DNA from: an uncultured Acidobacteriaceae bacterium
Lineage (GTDB): Bacteria; Acidobacteriota; Terriglobia; Terriglobales; Acidobacteriaceae
Direction of reading: 5' to 3'
DNA: 64,000 nt
NCBI GenBank assembly: GCA_963732255.1
Contig: CAVSYV010000008.1
Location: 42,649 to 106,648 of the forward strand
Positions 31,809 through 40,888 of this stretch are shown in pieces. Position 1 is the first letter of the stretch, and every line of letters begins with the position of its first letter. The notes beneath the pieces are model-generated. The model saw only the letters and a list, made by a program, of their open reading frames with translations. It searched no databases and was not told the origin of the DNA. Made by a program: the position numbers and the translations under genes.

Positions 31809-33302
31809 CTATTCCGGCTGCACCACCAGGAACGTGGTGTTGCCGCCACGGTCAATCAGCAGGATCACGGACTGCTTGCCGGCCTGTTCGACCAGGCGTT
31901 GATATTCGCTAACCGAATCGACTGGCTGCCGGTTGATTTGCTCGATGACGTCTCCGCGCTGCAAGCCTACATCGGCGGCTGGTGATCCGCCAGCCACATC
32001 GGTGACGACAACTCCCTTGGTGCCGGCTTTCAGGCCCAGTTGCTGGCGGATGTCGTCGGTAATCTCATCCACCTGCACCCCGCGCATGGTATTGTCTTCC
32101 GCCGATTCGCCAGGAGTATTGCCAGCGCCTTTGCCTGTGGGAGCTTCGCCGAGCGCGAGAGTAACTTCGCGAGACTGCCCGTTGCGGCTGACCTCAAGAT
32201 GTACAGTCGTCCCCGGCGCCATGGTGGCGACTTTGAGCCGTAGTTCATTGGGTCCGGTTATGGACTGACTATTCAACTCGGTAATCACGTCGCCCCGCTG
32301 CAGCCCGGCCTTGCCGCCGGGACTATTGGGATCGACGCTGCTCACCAAAGCGCCCTTTTCGGCGGGCACATTGAAAGCTTTGCCCAGGGTTGGCGTGACT
32401 TCCTGAATGCCGACCCCGATATAGCCGCGCACTACCTTGCCATGCTTCAGAATCTCGTCCATGACGTACTTCGCCATGTTGATGGGAATGGCGAAGCCGA
32501 TTCCCTGATTTCCGCCCCCGCCGGAAAGAATCGCGGTATTGATGCCGATCAATATGCCCCGCGCGTTGAGCAGCGCGCCGCCCGAATTTCCCGGATTGAT
32601 TGCCGCATCGGTCTGTATGAAATCTTCATAGTCTTCAATATCGAGGCCACTGCGTCCGGTGGCGCTAATAATTCCCATGGTCGCGGTCTCACCGACGCCA
32701 AATGGATTGCCGATGGCGAAAGCGTAATCGCCCACCTGGAGCTTCGACGAATCCCCCAAAGGAATTGTCGGCAGGCCAGCGGCCGCAATCTTCACTACCG
32801 CGATATCAGTCTTGGGATCGGTGCCAATCACCTTCCCGGGAAACTCCCGCTTGTCGGCCAGCATGACCTTGATATCGGTGCCTTTATCCACCACATGGTT
32901 ATTGGTCAGAATGTATCCGTCGGGACTGATAATTACGCCCGATCCCAAACCCTTCTCGCGTTCTTCTTCCGGCCCGCGCGGCATCTGGCCGCCGAAAAAC
33001 TGTTGAAAAAATGGATTGTTGAAGAATGGCGATTGCGGAACCTTTACGATGCGCGAAGAGGTGATGCTTACCACGGCGGCAAGATCAGGTTTGAGGATTG
33101 GGGCGAAACCCATCGCATTCGCGGGTGCCGCATCGCCCGCGCGCGGCGTCTGGCTGATGTAAACAGGAATCTCACTGGAGGCTCCCAGGACCGAGTGCCC
33201 GGACCAGGAGCTTATTGCCATACCCAGCGCCGCTCCTGCAACAAGAATGATGGCTACAAGAACGACCACAGCCGACCGCCGCACCTGAAAAAATCTTTCC
33301 AC
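31809..33302 (-). CDS. degP: Do/HtrA-family periplasmic serine endoprotease with two PDZ domains
   Basis: Catalytic triad context: GYILTNNHVV, TDIAVVKI, GNSGGALLN. Two PDZ-like segments follow (GALVSSVDPNSPGGKAGLQRGDVI and GVVVTDVAGGSPAADVGLQRGDVI). Confidence 0.92.
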   Translation of the reverse strand: MERFFQVRRSAVVVLVAIILVAGAALGMAISSWSGHSVLGASSEIPVYISQTPRAGDAAPANAMGFAPILKPDLAAVVSITSSRIVKVPQSPFFNNPFFQQFFGGQMPRGPEEEREKGLGSGVIISPDGYILTNNHVVDKGTDIKVMLADKREFPGKVIGTDPKTDIAVVKIAAAGLPTIPLGDSSKLQVGDYAFAIGNPFGVGETATMGIISATGRSGLDIEDYEDFIQTDAAINPGNSGGALLNARGILIGINTAILSGGGGNQGIGFAIPINMAKYVMDEILKHGKVVRGYIGVGIQEVTPTLGKAFNVPAEKGALVSSVDPNSPGGKAGLQRGDVITELNSQSITGPNELRLKVATMAPGTTVHLEVSRNGQSREVTLALGEAPTGKGAGNTPGESAEDNTMRGVQVDEITDDIRQQLGLKAGTKGVVVTDVAGGSPAADVGLQRGDVIEQINRQPVDSVSEYQRLVEQAGKQSVILLIDRGGNTTFLVVQPE

Positions 33303-33523
33303 GATCGTTTCTCCTCTTACCCCAGCGAGATCACCCGATCAATACAGATTAAATTTGCCATTTTTCGGTTGCCAACAATTTTGGCTTTCGAATGAAACGG
33401 GGATTTGACCGGCGTTGCCCCCGTGCGAATCTCAGACAGAATTCGACGGGCAGAAAACAATCCGGCAATTTTTGCGGTGCCTTATGCGCTAGAGGAAAAG
33501 AGGAAAAGAGGACGGCGGATTGG

Positions 33524-33554
33524 AAAAAATCATGCGCGATCTGAGGCGAGATCG
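33524..33554 (-). terminator. Candidate intrinsic terminator after cysH (end of the EPS operon)
   Basis: On the minus strand: GCGATCT-CGCCTC-AGATCGC hairpin, followed 6 nt later by TTTTTT. It lies about 55 nt downstream of the cysH stop. Confidence 0.35.
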
Positions 33555-33607
33555 CTGCGAGAGGAGGATCCAAAGATTCGGGCAGGACTGCGGAGGAAAT
33601 AGCAGGC

Positions 33608-34351
33608 TTAACGGAGAGGCAGCGCGGCCGAGATGGCGTGGAGGCCGCATTCGGTTTTTGCAAATCCAGGCCAGCGGCCGTCGCGCGGGTTTTCTCCCGC
33701 TGTAACCGCGCGCGTGCACTGCACGCAGCCGAGGCTGGGATAGTTTCGATCAAGCAGAGGGTTGTAGGGCAGCTTCCATTCGCGAACGTAGTGCCACACG
33801 CGTTCACGTGGCCAGTCGGCCAGAGGATTGATTTTCACGATGCGGAATCTTGAGTCCCAGGCGACTTTGCGAATGCAAGCGCGCTCGGGAGTCTGATCCC
33901 TGCGGATCGATGTTACCCAGGCGCGCAGATTCCGCAGGTATTTTTCCAAGGGCTCAACTTTGCGCAGCCGGCAGCACAAATCGGGATCCCGGTTCCACAG
34001 TTGTTCTCCGTGCGATTGGGCTTGTGCTTCCGGAGACAGGTCGGGCAGGACGCGTTCTACGGAAATGTGATAGCGGGATTCAATCTGCTCGATCAGGCGA
34101 TAGGTTTCTGGAAAAAGAAAAGAAGTATCCAGTACAAAGACGTGAGGTCGCGGCTGAACCCGCGCCGCCATATCAATCAGCGCAATGCCTTCCAGTCCGA
34201 ACGCTGAGCCGATAGCGACTGCCTCCGGATACTGGCGATAAGCCCAGCGCAGAACTCTCCGGGGCGACCATTCCGCGCCGTCCATCTCGCCATCGAGAAC
34301 TGACGGAGTTTCTGATGATTCGGCTGGCTTGGTTTCCGCCGGTTCGTTCAC
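33608..34351 (-). CDS. cysH: Assimilatory adenylyl-sulfate (APS)/PAPS reductase, Fe-S type
   Basis: C-terminal catalytic ECGLH. CC pair in DLCCRLRKVEPL plus CxxC in SLGCVQCT, the Cys set of 4Fe-4S APS reductases. Start is uncertain: the ORF is open to 34438, with candidates at 34351 (GTG) and 34285 (ATG). Confidence 0.8.
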   Translation of the reverse strand: MNEPAETKPAESSETPSVLDGEMDGAEWSPRRVLRWAYRQYPEAVAIGSAFGLEGIALIDMAARVQPRPHVFVLDTSFLFPETYRLIEQIESRYHISVERVLPDLSPEAQAQSHGEQLWNRDPDLCCRLRKVEPLEKYLRNLRAWVTSIRRDQTPERACIRKVAWDSRFRIVKINPLADWPRERVWHYVREWKLPYNPLLDRNYPSLGCVQCTRAVTAGENPRDGRWPGFAKTECGLHAISAALPLR

Positions 34352-36329
34352 GTGCTCTCCTCTTGAGATTGCCGCCACAGGCCGAATGCGAGTCAGGGGC
34401 CGGAAGAAGCGCCCATCGCTGCCGCCAAAGACTTGCAACTTCTGGTGCGATCCGAACTGGCGAAATCCGTTGCGCAGCGGGCGAGGCGAAGCCGATCCTC
34501 ACGCTGGCCAGGCAGCGGAAGACTTCCTCGGCATTTCCCTGCCACGCCGACGATTCCAGAGCTCGCAGTCTGGTGGTGAACTCGTGTGTGTCGAGAGGAA
34601 GCGTCCTGATGGTTCGGATTTTCTCCAGGCGAGTGGGACGCAGGGTTTCGCTACGGTCGTCAACCAGAACTTCGCTGAGTTTTTCCCCCAGCTTCATCCC
34701 CGTAATTTCGATGCGAATGTCTCCCGTGGGGGAGAGCCCCGAAAGCTCAATCAGATCCTGCGCCAGATTCCGGATCAAAACCGGTTCTCCCATATCGAGG
34801 ACGAATACCTCGCGCGAGTCGGCCAGCGTTCCGGCATGAATAAGAAGACAGACGGCTTCCGGAATGGTCATCAGAAATCTCTCCGCCTGGGCGTGGGTGA
34901 CTGTAACCGGACCGCCGTCGCGAATTTGCCGTTGAAAGATAGGCACCACGCTGCCGCGGCTTCCCAGTACGTTGCCAAACCGAACGCAGCAAGAGTGGGC
35001 GAGATGACGATCGGACTGCGCCTGCACGATCATTTCGCAGATGCGCTTGGTCGCGCCCATGATCGAGGTGGGATTCACCGCCTTGTCGGTGGAGACCTGA
35101 ATAAACCTTTCCACTCCGAACTTCACCGACTGCTCCACCAGGTTGCGGGTGCCGGTAACGTTGTTGGCCACCGCTTCGCAGGGATTCAGTTCCATCAAGT
35201 GCAGGTGTTTGTGGGCGGCGGCATGGAAAACAACTTGCGGATGGAAACGCTCGAATATGCCGCGCAGGCGCTCCGGGAAACGCAGATCGGCGACGACTGG
35301 GGTGGAGTTGCCCGCACTGCGGCTCTGCATCTGCACGTAGACGTCGTTCAGGCCGTTCTCGTCTTTGTCGAGCAGGAGAAGATGACTGGGTTCGAACTTG
35401 AGCAGTTGTACCGCGAGCTCGGACCCAATGGAGCCTCCCGCGCCCGTGACCAGAATGCTTTTGCCCCGGTAGGCACAGCTGAGTTCGGCTTGACTGGCGC
35501 TGCCTTCGACCGAATTGCGGCCCAGCAAGTCTTTCATTTCCACATCGCGAAAATTGGCGACGCTGACTTTGCCATGCAAAATCTCCTCCAGCGTAGGCAC
35601 AATTTTTACCGGCACGCCCAGCAGTTCGCAGCTGGCCCAGATGCGGCGCAGGATTTCGCGCGAGGGGTGGGCGATGCAGACAATCACCTGACGCACGCCG
35701 AACTTCTGAATGCTATCCGCCAACGATGAAATCAGGCCCAGGACCGGAAAACCGCAGACGATGGATCCGCTCTTTTGCGGGTTGTCGTCGAGAAATCCAA
35801 CCGGATGCAAATCCACCTGGCTGCGGATTTCGTTTGCGGTTTGCGCTCCGATTTTACCCGCCCCAATGAGCAAAACCGGACTTGGAGATCTGCCGTTCAG
35901 CACCCGCGAGGTTATTCCTTCGTGCAGCAGCCGCCGAGTCGCGCGCGCCGCTAAGGCGCCAAAAAGCGACAAGAGATAGGCCGCCACCCAAACACCCACG
36001 CGCACCCGCAGTAGTGGGATCAGGCGGGGAGCGGCGCATTCCAGCAGCAGGACTGCCGCGGGAAACAAGGCGAAGTTGCGCGCCAGAGTGATCGCGTCGC
36101 GCAGGCTCACGTACCTCCAGATCATGCGGTAGGTGCGCAACCAGATATTGGCGAGGACTTGTCCGGCCATCACGGCGGGCAACAGCATCCACTCCTGAAA
36201 GGATGATGCGGGGGAAATATGGCCCTCGAAGACGACCTCGTAGGCAAGGTAAAAACCGAGGCCGGCGATCAAACCATCGATAATTTTCTGGTTGAGAGCC
36301 GAATACGGATCAAAGCGGAATTTGGCCAT
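34173..36329 (-). CDS. Membrane-bound NDP-sugar 4,6-dehydratase (CapD/PglF/WbpM family)
   Basis: Four N-terminal TM helices and two Rossmann motifs (VLLIGAGKIGAQ and ILVTGAGGSIGSEL). Dehydratase core STDKAVNPTSIMGATKRICE. The last ~100 codons look non-native and overlap cysH (see findings). Confidence 0.85.
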   Translation of the reverse strand: MAKFRFDPYSALNQKIIDGLIAGLGFYLAYEVVFEGHISPASSFQEWMLLPAVMAGQVLANIWLRTYRMIWRYVSLRDAITLARNFALFPAAVLLLECAAPRLIPLLRVRVGVWVAAYLLSLFGALAARATRRLLHEGITSRVLNGRSPSPVLLIGAGKIGAQTANEIRSQVDLHPVGFLDDNPQKSGSIVCGFPVLGLISSLADSIQKFGVRQVIVCIAHPSREILRRIWASCELLGVPVKIVPTLEEILHGKVSVANFRDVEMKDLLGRNSVEGSASQAELSCAYRGKSILVTGAGGSIGSELAVQLLKFEPSHLLLLDKDENGLNDVYVQMQSRSAGNSTPVVADLRFPERLRGIFERFHPQVVFHAAAHKHLHLMELNPCEAVANNVTGTRNLVEQSVKFGVERFIQVSTDKAVNPTSIMGATKRICEMIVQAQSDRHLAHSCCVRFGNVLGSRGSVVPIFQRQIRDGGPVTVTHAQAERFLMTIPEAVCLLIHAGTLADSREVFVLDMGEPVLIRNLAQDLIELSGLSPTGDIRIEITGMKLGEKLSEVLVDDRSETLRPTRLEKIRTIRTLPLDTHEFTTRLRALESSAWQGNAEEVFRCLASVRIGFASPAAQRISPVRIAPEVASLWRQRWALLPAPDSHSACGGNLKRRARERTGGNQASRIIRNSVSSRWRDGRRGMVAPESSALGLSPVSGGSRYRLSVRTGRHCAD

Positions 36330-36384
36330 GATTGGGTTGGGACTGCGTATTGGAGTGCCGCGAATGAAACGGAAACGGAAAACC

Positions 36385-37023
36385 TCAATCCTTTGCTGTC
36401 AGGCTGAGAACCGTGTTGAACAACACGCGCAGATCGGAGAAAAAGTTTCGCTGGCGTTGATAGTCCAGAGACAAGCTGAGCTTGTGCGGCAAGATCTCCG
36501 AAATGTAGTGCTGTTCCAATCTATCGGCAACCAATAGATTCTCTTCACACCGGTACGCCAGGCTGGCCGGATCGGTAATGCCCGGCGGCTCACCGAGCAA
36601 TAGCGCGTATTGCTCGCGGAACATGGTCACGTAGGGTTCGACCTCGGGCCGCACGCCCACCAGTTGCATATCGCCGGTCAAAACGTTCCACAGCTGGGGC
36701 AATTCGTCCAGTTTGTACCGCCTCAGGAATCGTCCCACTCCGGTAAGCCGGCGGTCGTTGGGCGCCGTCAGTAATCCGTTCTCATCGGCGTTCACCACCA
36801 TGCTGCGAAATTTCAATAGGCAAAAGGGGCGAAAGAGTTTTCCCAGGCGTGTCTGGGAGTAGAAGACCGGGCCACCGTCGTGCCATTTCACGAGCAACGC
36901 GACGGCCGATAGCAAAGGCAGCAGGAGCAACAGTCCCAGAGCGGCACAAACGAAGTTGAAGGCGCGGTTCATGGCAGAGTAGCGGCGGGCGCCGACGCCG
37001 CCGTCACGATCCGGCGCCGGCAT
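36385..37023 (-). CDS. Initiating polyprenyl-phosphate sugar-phosphate transferase (PglC/WbaP C-domain-type bacterial sugar transferase)
   Basis: PVFYSQTRLGK...FCLLKFRSM, DELPQLWNVLTGDMQLVGVRP. The alternative start at 36972 (MNRAFNFV) would remove the overlap with the upstream gene. Confidence 0.85.
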   Translation of the reverse strand: MPAPDRDGGVGARRYSAMNRAFNFVCAALGLLLLLPLLSAVALLVKWHDGGPVFYSQTRLGKLFRPFCLLKFRSMVVNADENGLLTAPNDRRLTGVGRFLRRYKLDELPQLWNVLTGDMQLVGVRPEVEPYVTMFREQYALLLGEPPGITDPASLAYRCEENLLVADRLEQHYISEILPHKLSLSLDYQRQRNFFSDLRVLFNTVLSLTAKD

Positions 37024-38233
37024 GCCTGCCTTGTTTCAGAAGCGCGTGTTTTCGCACCACGTCCGTCACGGCCTTGATGACATCTTCCACATCCTGCTCC
37101 TGCAGGCGCGGACAGCAGGGCAAGGACACGATTCGCTGGTATTGGGAATAAGCGACGGGAAAATCTTCGGGCGCGTATCCATATTTATCGCGGTAGTAGG
37201 AAAGCAGGTGGATGGGAATGAAGTGCACCGAAGTTCCGATGTTGCGGGCCTGCATTTCCGAGATGAAGCGGTCGCGCGAAATGGCCAGCCGCTCCAGTTG
37301 CAGACGGAGAACGTAGAGATGCCAGGCATGTCCTGCCCAATCGCGTTCCGTGGGCGTCTCCAGTTCGCCGTATTCCGCAAATGCCTGGTTGTATCGGGCG
37401 GCGATCTGGCGGCGTCGCGCATGAAAATCGGCCAGCTTCTTGAGTTGATGAAGTCCCAGAGCCGCCTGCATATCGGTCATGTTGTACTTGAAGCCGGGGC
37501 GGTCCACATCGTAGTGCCAGGAGCCTTCGCGGCCATAGCGCTTCCAGGCGTCGCGGCTCATGCCGTGCAGGCTCCAGAGGCGGGCGTCCTCTATTTGATC
37601 CGAGTTTCCCGTGAGCATTCCGCCTTCCGCCGTGGTCATGTTCTTTGTGGCATAGAAAGAAAAGCAGGTGAACACAGGCACGTCGGCGCGGGCGCCGAGC
37701 GATCCGATTTTCTGACTTTTATATTCCGCCGGCAGAGCGTGGGCGGCGTCTTCGATGACTGCGCATCCGTATTCGGAGGCGAGGGCCAGCAAGGCGTCCA
37801 TGTCGCATGCATGTCCGTAAAGGTGCACCGGAACAATGGCCTTGGCCCGCCGGCCGTTTTCCTTCTTGAGGCGGGCCAGCGTTTCCCGAACTTTGGCGGG
37901 GTCGAGATTCAGGGTTCCCGGTTCCACATCCACCAGGATCGGCCGCGCCCCGGTGTGTTCGACGACGTGCACGGTGGAGCAGAAGGTCATGGGCGTGGTA
38001 ATCACGGCGTCGCCCGGGCCGATGCCCAATGTGGCCAGAGCGACATGCAGCGCGGCCGTACAGGAATTCACGGCCAAAGCCGATGGGCTGTTCACAGCGG
38101 CGGCAAACTCCTGCTCAAAACGTTTCACCTTGGGGCCGGTGGTGATCCAGTCCGAGCGCAGGGTATCGGCGACTTCGGCGATTTCTTCTTCGCCGATCGA
38201 AGGAGGAGAAAATGCTAAGAAGGTTTTTCGCAC
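37004..38233 (-). CDS. DegT/DnrJ/EryC1-family PLP-dependent sugar aminotransferase (PglE-like)
   Basis: SPPSIGEEEIAEVADTLRSDWITTGPKV, CTAALHVAL, FSFYATKNMTTAEGG (PLP Lys context). Confidence 0.9.
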   Translation of the reverse strand: MRKTFLAFSPPSIGEEEIAEVADTLRSDWITTGPKVKRFEQEFAAAVNSPSALAVNSCTAALHVALATLGIGPGDAVITTPMTFCSTVHVVEHTGARPILVDVEPGTLNLDPAKVRETLARLKKENGRRAKAIVPVHLYGHACDMDALLALASEYGCAVIEDAAHALPAEYKSQKIGSLGARADVPVFTCFSFYATKNMTTAEGGMLTGNSDQIEDARLWSLHGMSRDAWKRYGREGSWHYDVDRPGFKYNMTDMQAALGLHQLKKLADFHARRRQIAARYNQAFAEYGELETPTERDWAGHAWHLYVLRLQLERLAISRDRFISEMQARNIGTSVHFIPIHLLSYYRDKYGYAPEDFPVAYSQYQRIVSLPCCPRLQEQDVEDVIKAVTDVVRKHALLKQGRHAGAGS

Positions 38234-38267
38234 GGGAGTCTGTTAACGGTCGGTGTTGTTGCGCGGG

Positions 38268-39197
38268 TTATCGCCCCGCCGCGATGCCGGGGCCGGGTTG
38301 CGCGGGCGGCGTCCTGCCTGCCAGCACCAGAAATCGCGGGCCCAGGAATATGCGTTGCGCCGAGAGCCGCCAAAGCAGCCGCGAAAAGAAGCCGTATATC
38401 CGCCACAGAAAATCCCGCAGCGCCGTCTCCTGCCGGTTGCCGGGCAGAGGACGAATGGCCTGCACGCAAAAGCCGCACTGTTCCAGCAGGCGCGAAATCG
38501 ATCCTGGCGTGTAATAAAAAAGATGGTCGCTGCTTTCGAGCAGAGGCATCCGGCTTCGATGAAGCAGCTTGCCGAGGACTCCACCGCGTCGCCAGAGGCG
38601 CGTCCTGGCCCAGGGAAGCTCGATGGCGAGAAAGCCGTTCGGCTTCAAAATGCGGGCGAACTCCGCCAACTCCTGCGCCGGACGTGGAAAGTAATAAAAG
38701 GCGTCGAGGACGGTGACGACATCGAAGGATTGCTCCTGGAACGTTGCGCTGCGCGTGTCGCCCACATGGACCTCAATGCCGGCGCGTCGGGCTTCTCCGG
38801 CCGCCGCGCGAGTTGGCTCGACGCCGTGGGCCTGCCATCCGGATCGATTGGCGAAGGGCGCAAGGAACAGTCCGGTGGCGCAACCCACATCGAGAATGCG
38901 TCCCTGGTTTTGCCGCGATTGAATGTAGCCAGCAACTTCCGCCAGCACTGGCCGGCGATTGGCCTCGAACTGGCGGTGGAACTGGGCGGCGCTGGGAACC
39001 ACGCCTCCATTTTCGAAATGGCGGGCTAAAGCTTCGGGCAGCGGCTGTGGCTGAACAAAGAAAACGCCGCAGTGAAGACATTGCTCAAGGCGCTTGCCGC
39101 GGTATTCGGACTCAGTCATCAGTTCCGCACTGCCGCACAGAAGGCAAACCCTGGATTCAAAATCTCCCCGGTCGGGACTGGTTGCCACGGTAATCAT
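38268..39197 (-). CDS. Class I SAM-dependent methyltransferase with an N-terminal zinc ribbon
   Basis: CLLCGS...CLHCGVFF zinc ribbon, and SAM motif I ILDVGCATGLF. Start set at the ATG at 39197 (MITVATSP). Confidence 0.72.
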   Translation of the reverse strand: MITVATSPDRGDFESRVCLLCGSAELMTESEYRGKRLEQCLHCGVFFVQPQPLPEALARHFENGGVVPSAAQFHRQFEANRRPVLAEVAGYIQSRQNQGRILDVGCATGLFLAPFANRSGWQAHGVEPTRAAAGEARRAGIEVHVGDTRSATFQEQSFDVVTVLDAFYYFPRPAQELAEFARILKPNGFLAIELPWARTRLWRRGGVLGKLLHRSRMPLLESSDHLFYYTPGSISRLLEQCGFCVQAIRPLPGNRQETALRDFLWRIYGFFSRLLWRLSAQRIFLGPRFLVLAGRTPPAQPGPGIAAGR

Positions 39198-39293
39198 CTC
39201 AACGCGCTCCGCGAGTTGACTTCCGAAATTTCGACTTCCCGGAGCCAGAAGTTGCCAGTGCAAGCTAGCACGGGACCTTACTAGAACGGGACC

Positions 39294-39956
39294 TTAAAGG
39301 AAGAAGGCGACAAAATAATCCTGCCCGGCGCCCTCGATCTTAGTGATCTCGTGGCGGGCAAAACCGCAGCCCTGGGCAAGACGATCGATTTCGGCGCGGC
39401 GGTAAAAATACACAGGGCAGCGCTTGGCCCAGTAGCGGGCCTTGCGGATCGGCGTGCGGTACCAGGAAATCGAGGGCAGGCTGGCGATGACCGAATGCCG
39501 GGCAAATCTCCGCATGCGGACCAGCGCCGCTAGCGGATCCGCGGCGTAGTCGAAAAAACCCATCGCCATGACGGCATCGAACCTCTCGGAGGTTTCAAAG
39601 GCGGCGAAATCCTGCTGCACGAACTCAACCGAGGTATGCTCACCGTTGCTGCCTATGGTAAGCTCGCGGGCCAGCTTGATCATTCCCGGGCTCACGTCGA
39701 GGCCCAACACCCGCGGCACTCCGATTTCGGATAAGGCAACTGCATAACGTCCCGAGCCGCAGCCCACGTCGAGCACACTCTGCAACCGGCAGCGTTCGAT
39801 GTGCTGCAGGCTCAGGCGAAAGCGTTCATAGATGTCGCGGCGAAAGGTGCGGTTCAGCCATCTGGCCGCTGGCCTGGCAGGCTGCGAGTGGTACAGCGAA
39901 TCGAACAACTCGGCCGAGCGCGTGAAATAGTGCTCGACCCGGGCTACGTCAGACAT
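39294..39956 (-). CDS. Class I SAM-dependent methyltransferase
   Basis: Motif I VLDVGCGSGRYAVAL; motif II/III DAVMAMGFFDY. Start set at 39956 (MSDVARV), 8 nt after AAGGAG, overlapping the upstream stop by 8 nt. Confidence 0.75.
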   Translation of the reverse strand: MSDVARVEHYFTRSAELFDSLYHSQPARPAARWLNRTFRRDIYERFRLSLQHIERCRLQSVLDVGCGSGRYAVALSEIGVPRVLGLDVSPGMIKLARELTIGSNGEHTSVEFVQQDFAAFETSERFDAVMAMGFFDYAADPLAALVRMRRFARHSVIASLPSISWYRTPIRKARYWAKRCPVYFYRRAEIDRLAQGCGFARHEITKIEGAGQDYFVAFFL

Positions 39957-40821
39957 AGGCATTCTCCTTTGCTGAGGCGGTGGCGCTGATATATCCCATC
40001 TGGCGCAGGGCGGCAACGGCTGGGGCAAAGCGGAACTTTCGCAGCAAACGGTCCAGCCGCCGGTGGAGAGCGCCGCAACGGAAGTAATGGCGAAAGTGCC
40101 GGATGGGGGACAGTCCGGCAATGGCTTCCATCTCCGGACCCATCTCATACGGGTGGATATAGAACATAGAGGGCCGGTTCTGACGGTTGAGCCGGGAAAA
40201 ACAATACTCGGTGAAGGGCGCAGGATACAGTCGGAAATAACCGCCTCCGCCAAACGGCAGCCGGTGCTGCAGAATGGGGATCGTGGCCAGCGGCCACTCG
40301 ATGAGTCCATTGGCTAGTTCGTGAATATGGGGGGGCGCTTGCCCGATCCCATAGACGTCATGACCGGCGAAGGGATAGATGCTGGAGTCATAGAGGAAAC
40401 CGGCATAGCGCAATGCGTCGAGCGCCCACAGCGAACGCGCTGTGATCGAGAAGTCGGGGGCGCGGAAGCCGAAGACCGCCTGGCCGGCGGTGTCTTCCAA
40501 AAGGCCCTTGGCCCGGCGCAGTTGCTCGGCGAATACATCCGGCTTGAGGCCATAGAGGCGGAGGTGCCGCCAACTGTGGCAGGCAATTTCATGCTTCTCT
40601 GCCGCCACCCGCTGCACCAACTGCGGGAGGTCGCGGGCAATCCTGCCCAGGAAGAAGAATGTCGCCTGAAGATTGCGGGCGGCCAGAAAATCGAGGATGA
40701 AGTCGACATTGATTTCAATCTCGCGATTCTGGCGCGCCGGGTCGAGGTGCGACGCGGGGATGGAAAAAGATTCCACATTTGATTCGGAAAAGCTTTCCAC
40801 ATCGATGGAAAAACAATTCAT
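39949..40821 (-). CDS. Polysaccharide deacetylase, DUF3473/PEP-CTERM-locus subfamily
   Basis: MNCFSIDVE(D)...ATFFFLGRIA...HEIACHSWRH...GFRAPDFSI...YDSSIYPF matches the NodB-like DUF3473 pattern typical of exosortase-type EPS loci. Start set at the ATG at 40821. Confidence 0.78.
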   Translation of the reverse strand: MNCFSIDVESFSESNVESFSIPASHLDPARQNREIEINVDFILDFLAARNLQATFFFLGRIARDLPQLVQRVAAEKHEIACHSWRHLRLYGLKPDVFAEQLRRAKGLLEDTAGQAVFGFRAPDFSITARSLWALDALRYAGFLYDSSIYPFAGHDVYGIGQAPPHIHELANGLIEWPLATIPILQHRLPFGGGGYFRLYPAPFTEYCFSRLNRQNRPSMFYIHPYEMGPEMEAIAGLSPIRHFRHYFRCGALHRRLDRLLRKFRFAPAVAALRQMGYISATASAKENAYV

Positions 40822-40888
40822 GGTTTGGTTAGGATCGTCCCCTGTCTTTCGCCCGCAAGCAAGTCCCCCCACAGGTGGAGTTAACGAA

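Noticed and set aside
33491-33512. Short tandem repeat (GAGGAAAA x2.5) in the cysH-degP spacer
   Set aside because: Only about 22 nt. It has no spacer structure and is not CRISPR-like. It is probably incidental purine-rich sequence in the degP promoter region.
34329-35729. 466-aa antisense ORF over capD. Similar long shadows lie over the aminotransferase (37022-38218), sqdB (48169-49158), PAP2-Wzi (52023-53150), the GT2 (40673-41710), the tricorn gene (30896-31912) and ispG (62399-63529)
   Set aside because: All lie opposite strongly supported genes, have low-complexity Arg/Gly/His-rich translations, and lack start-site context. They were treated as GC-driven open frames.
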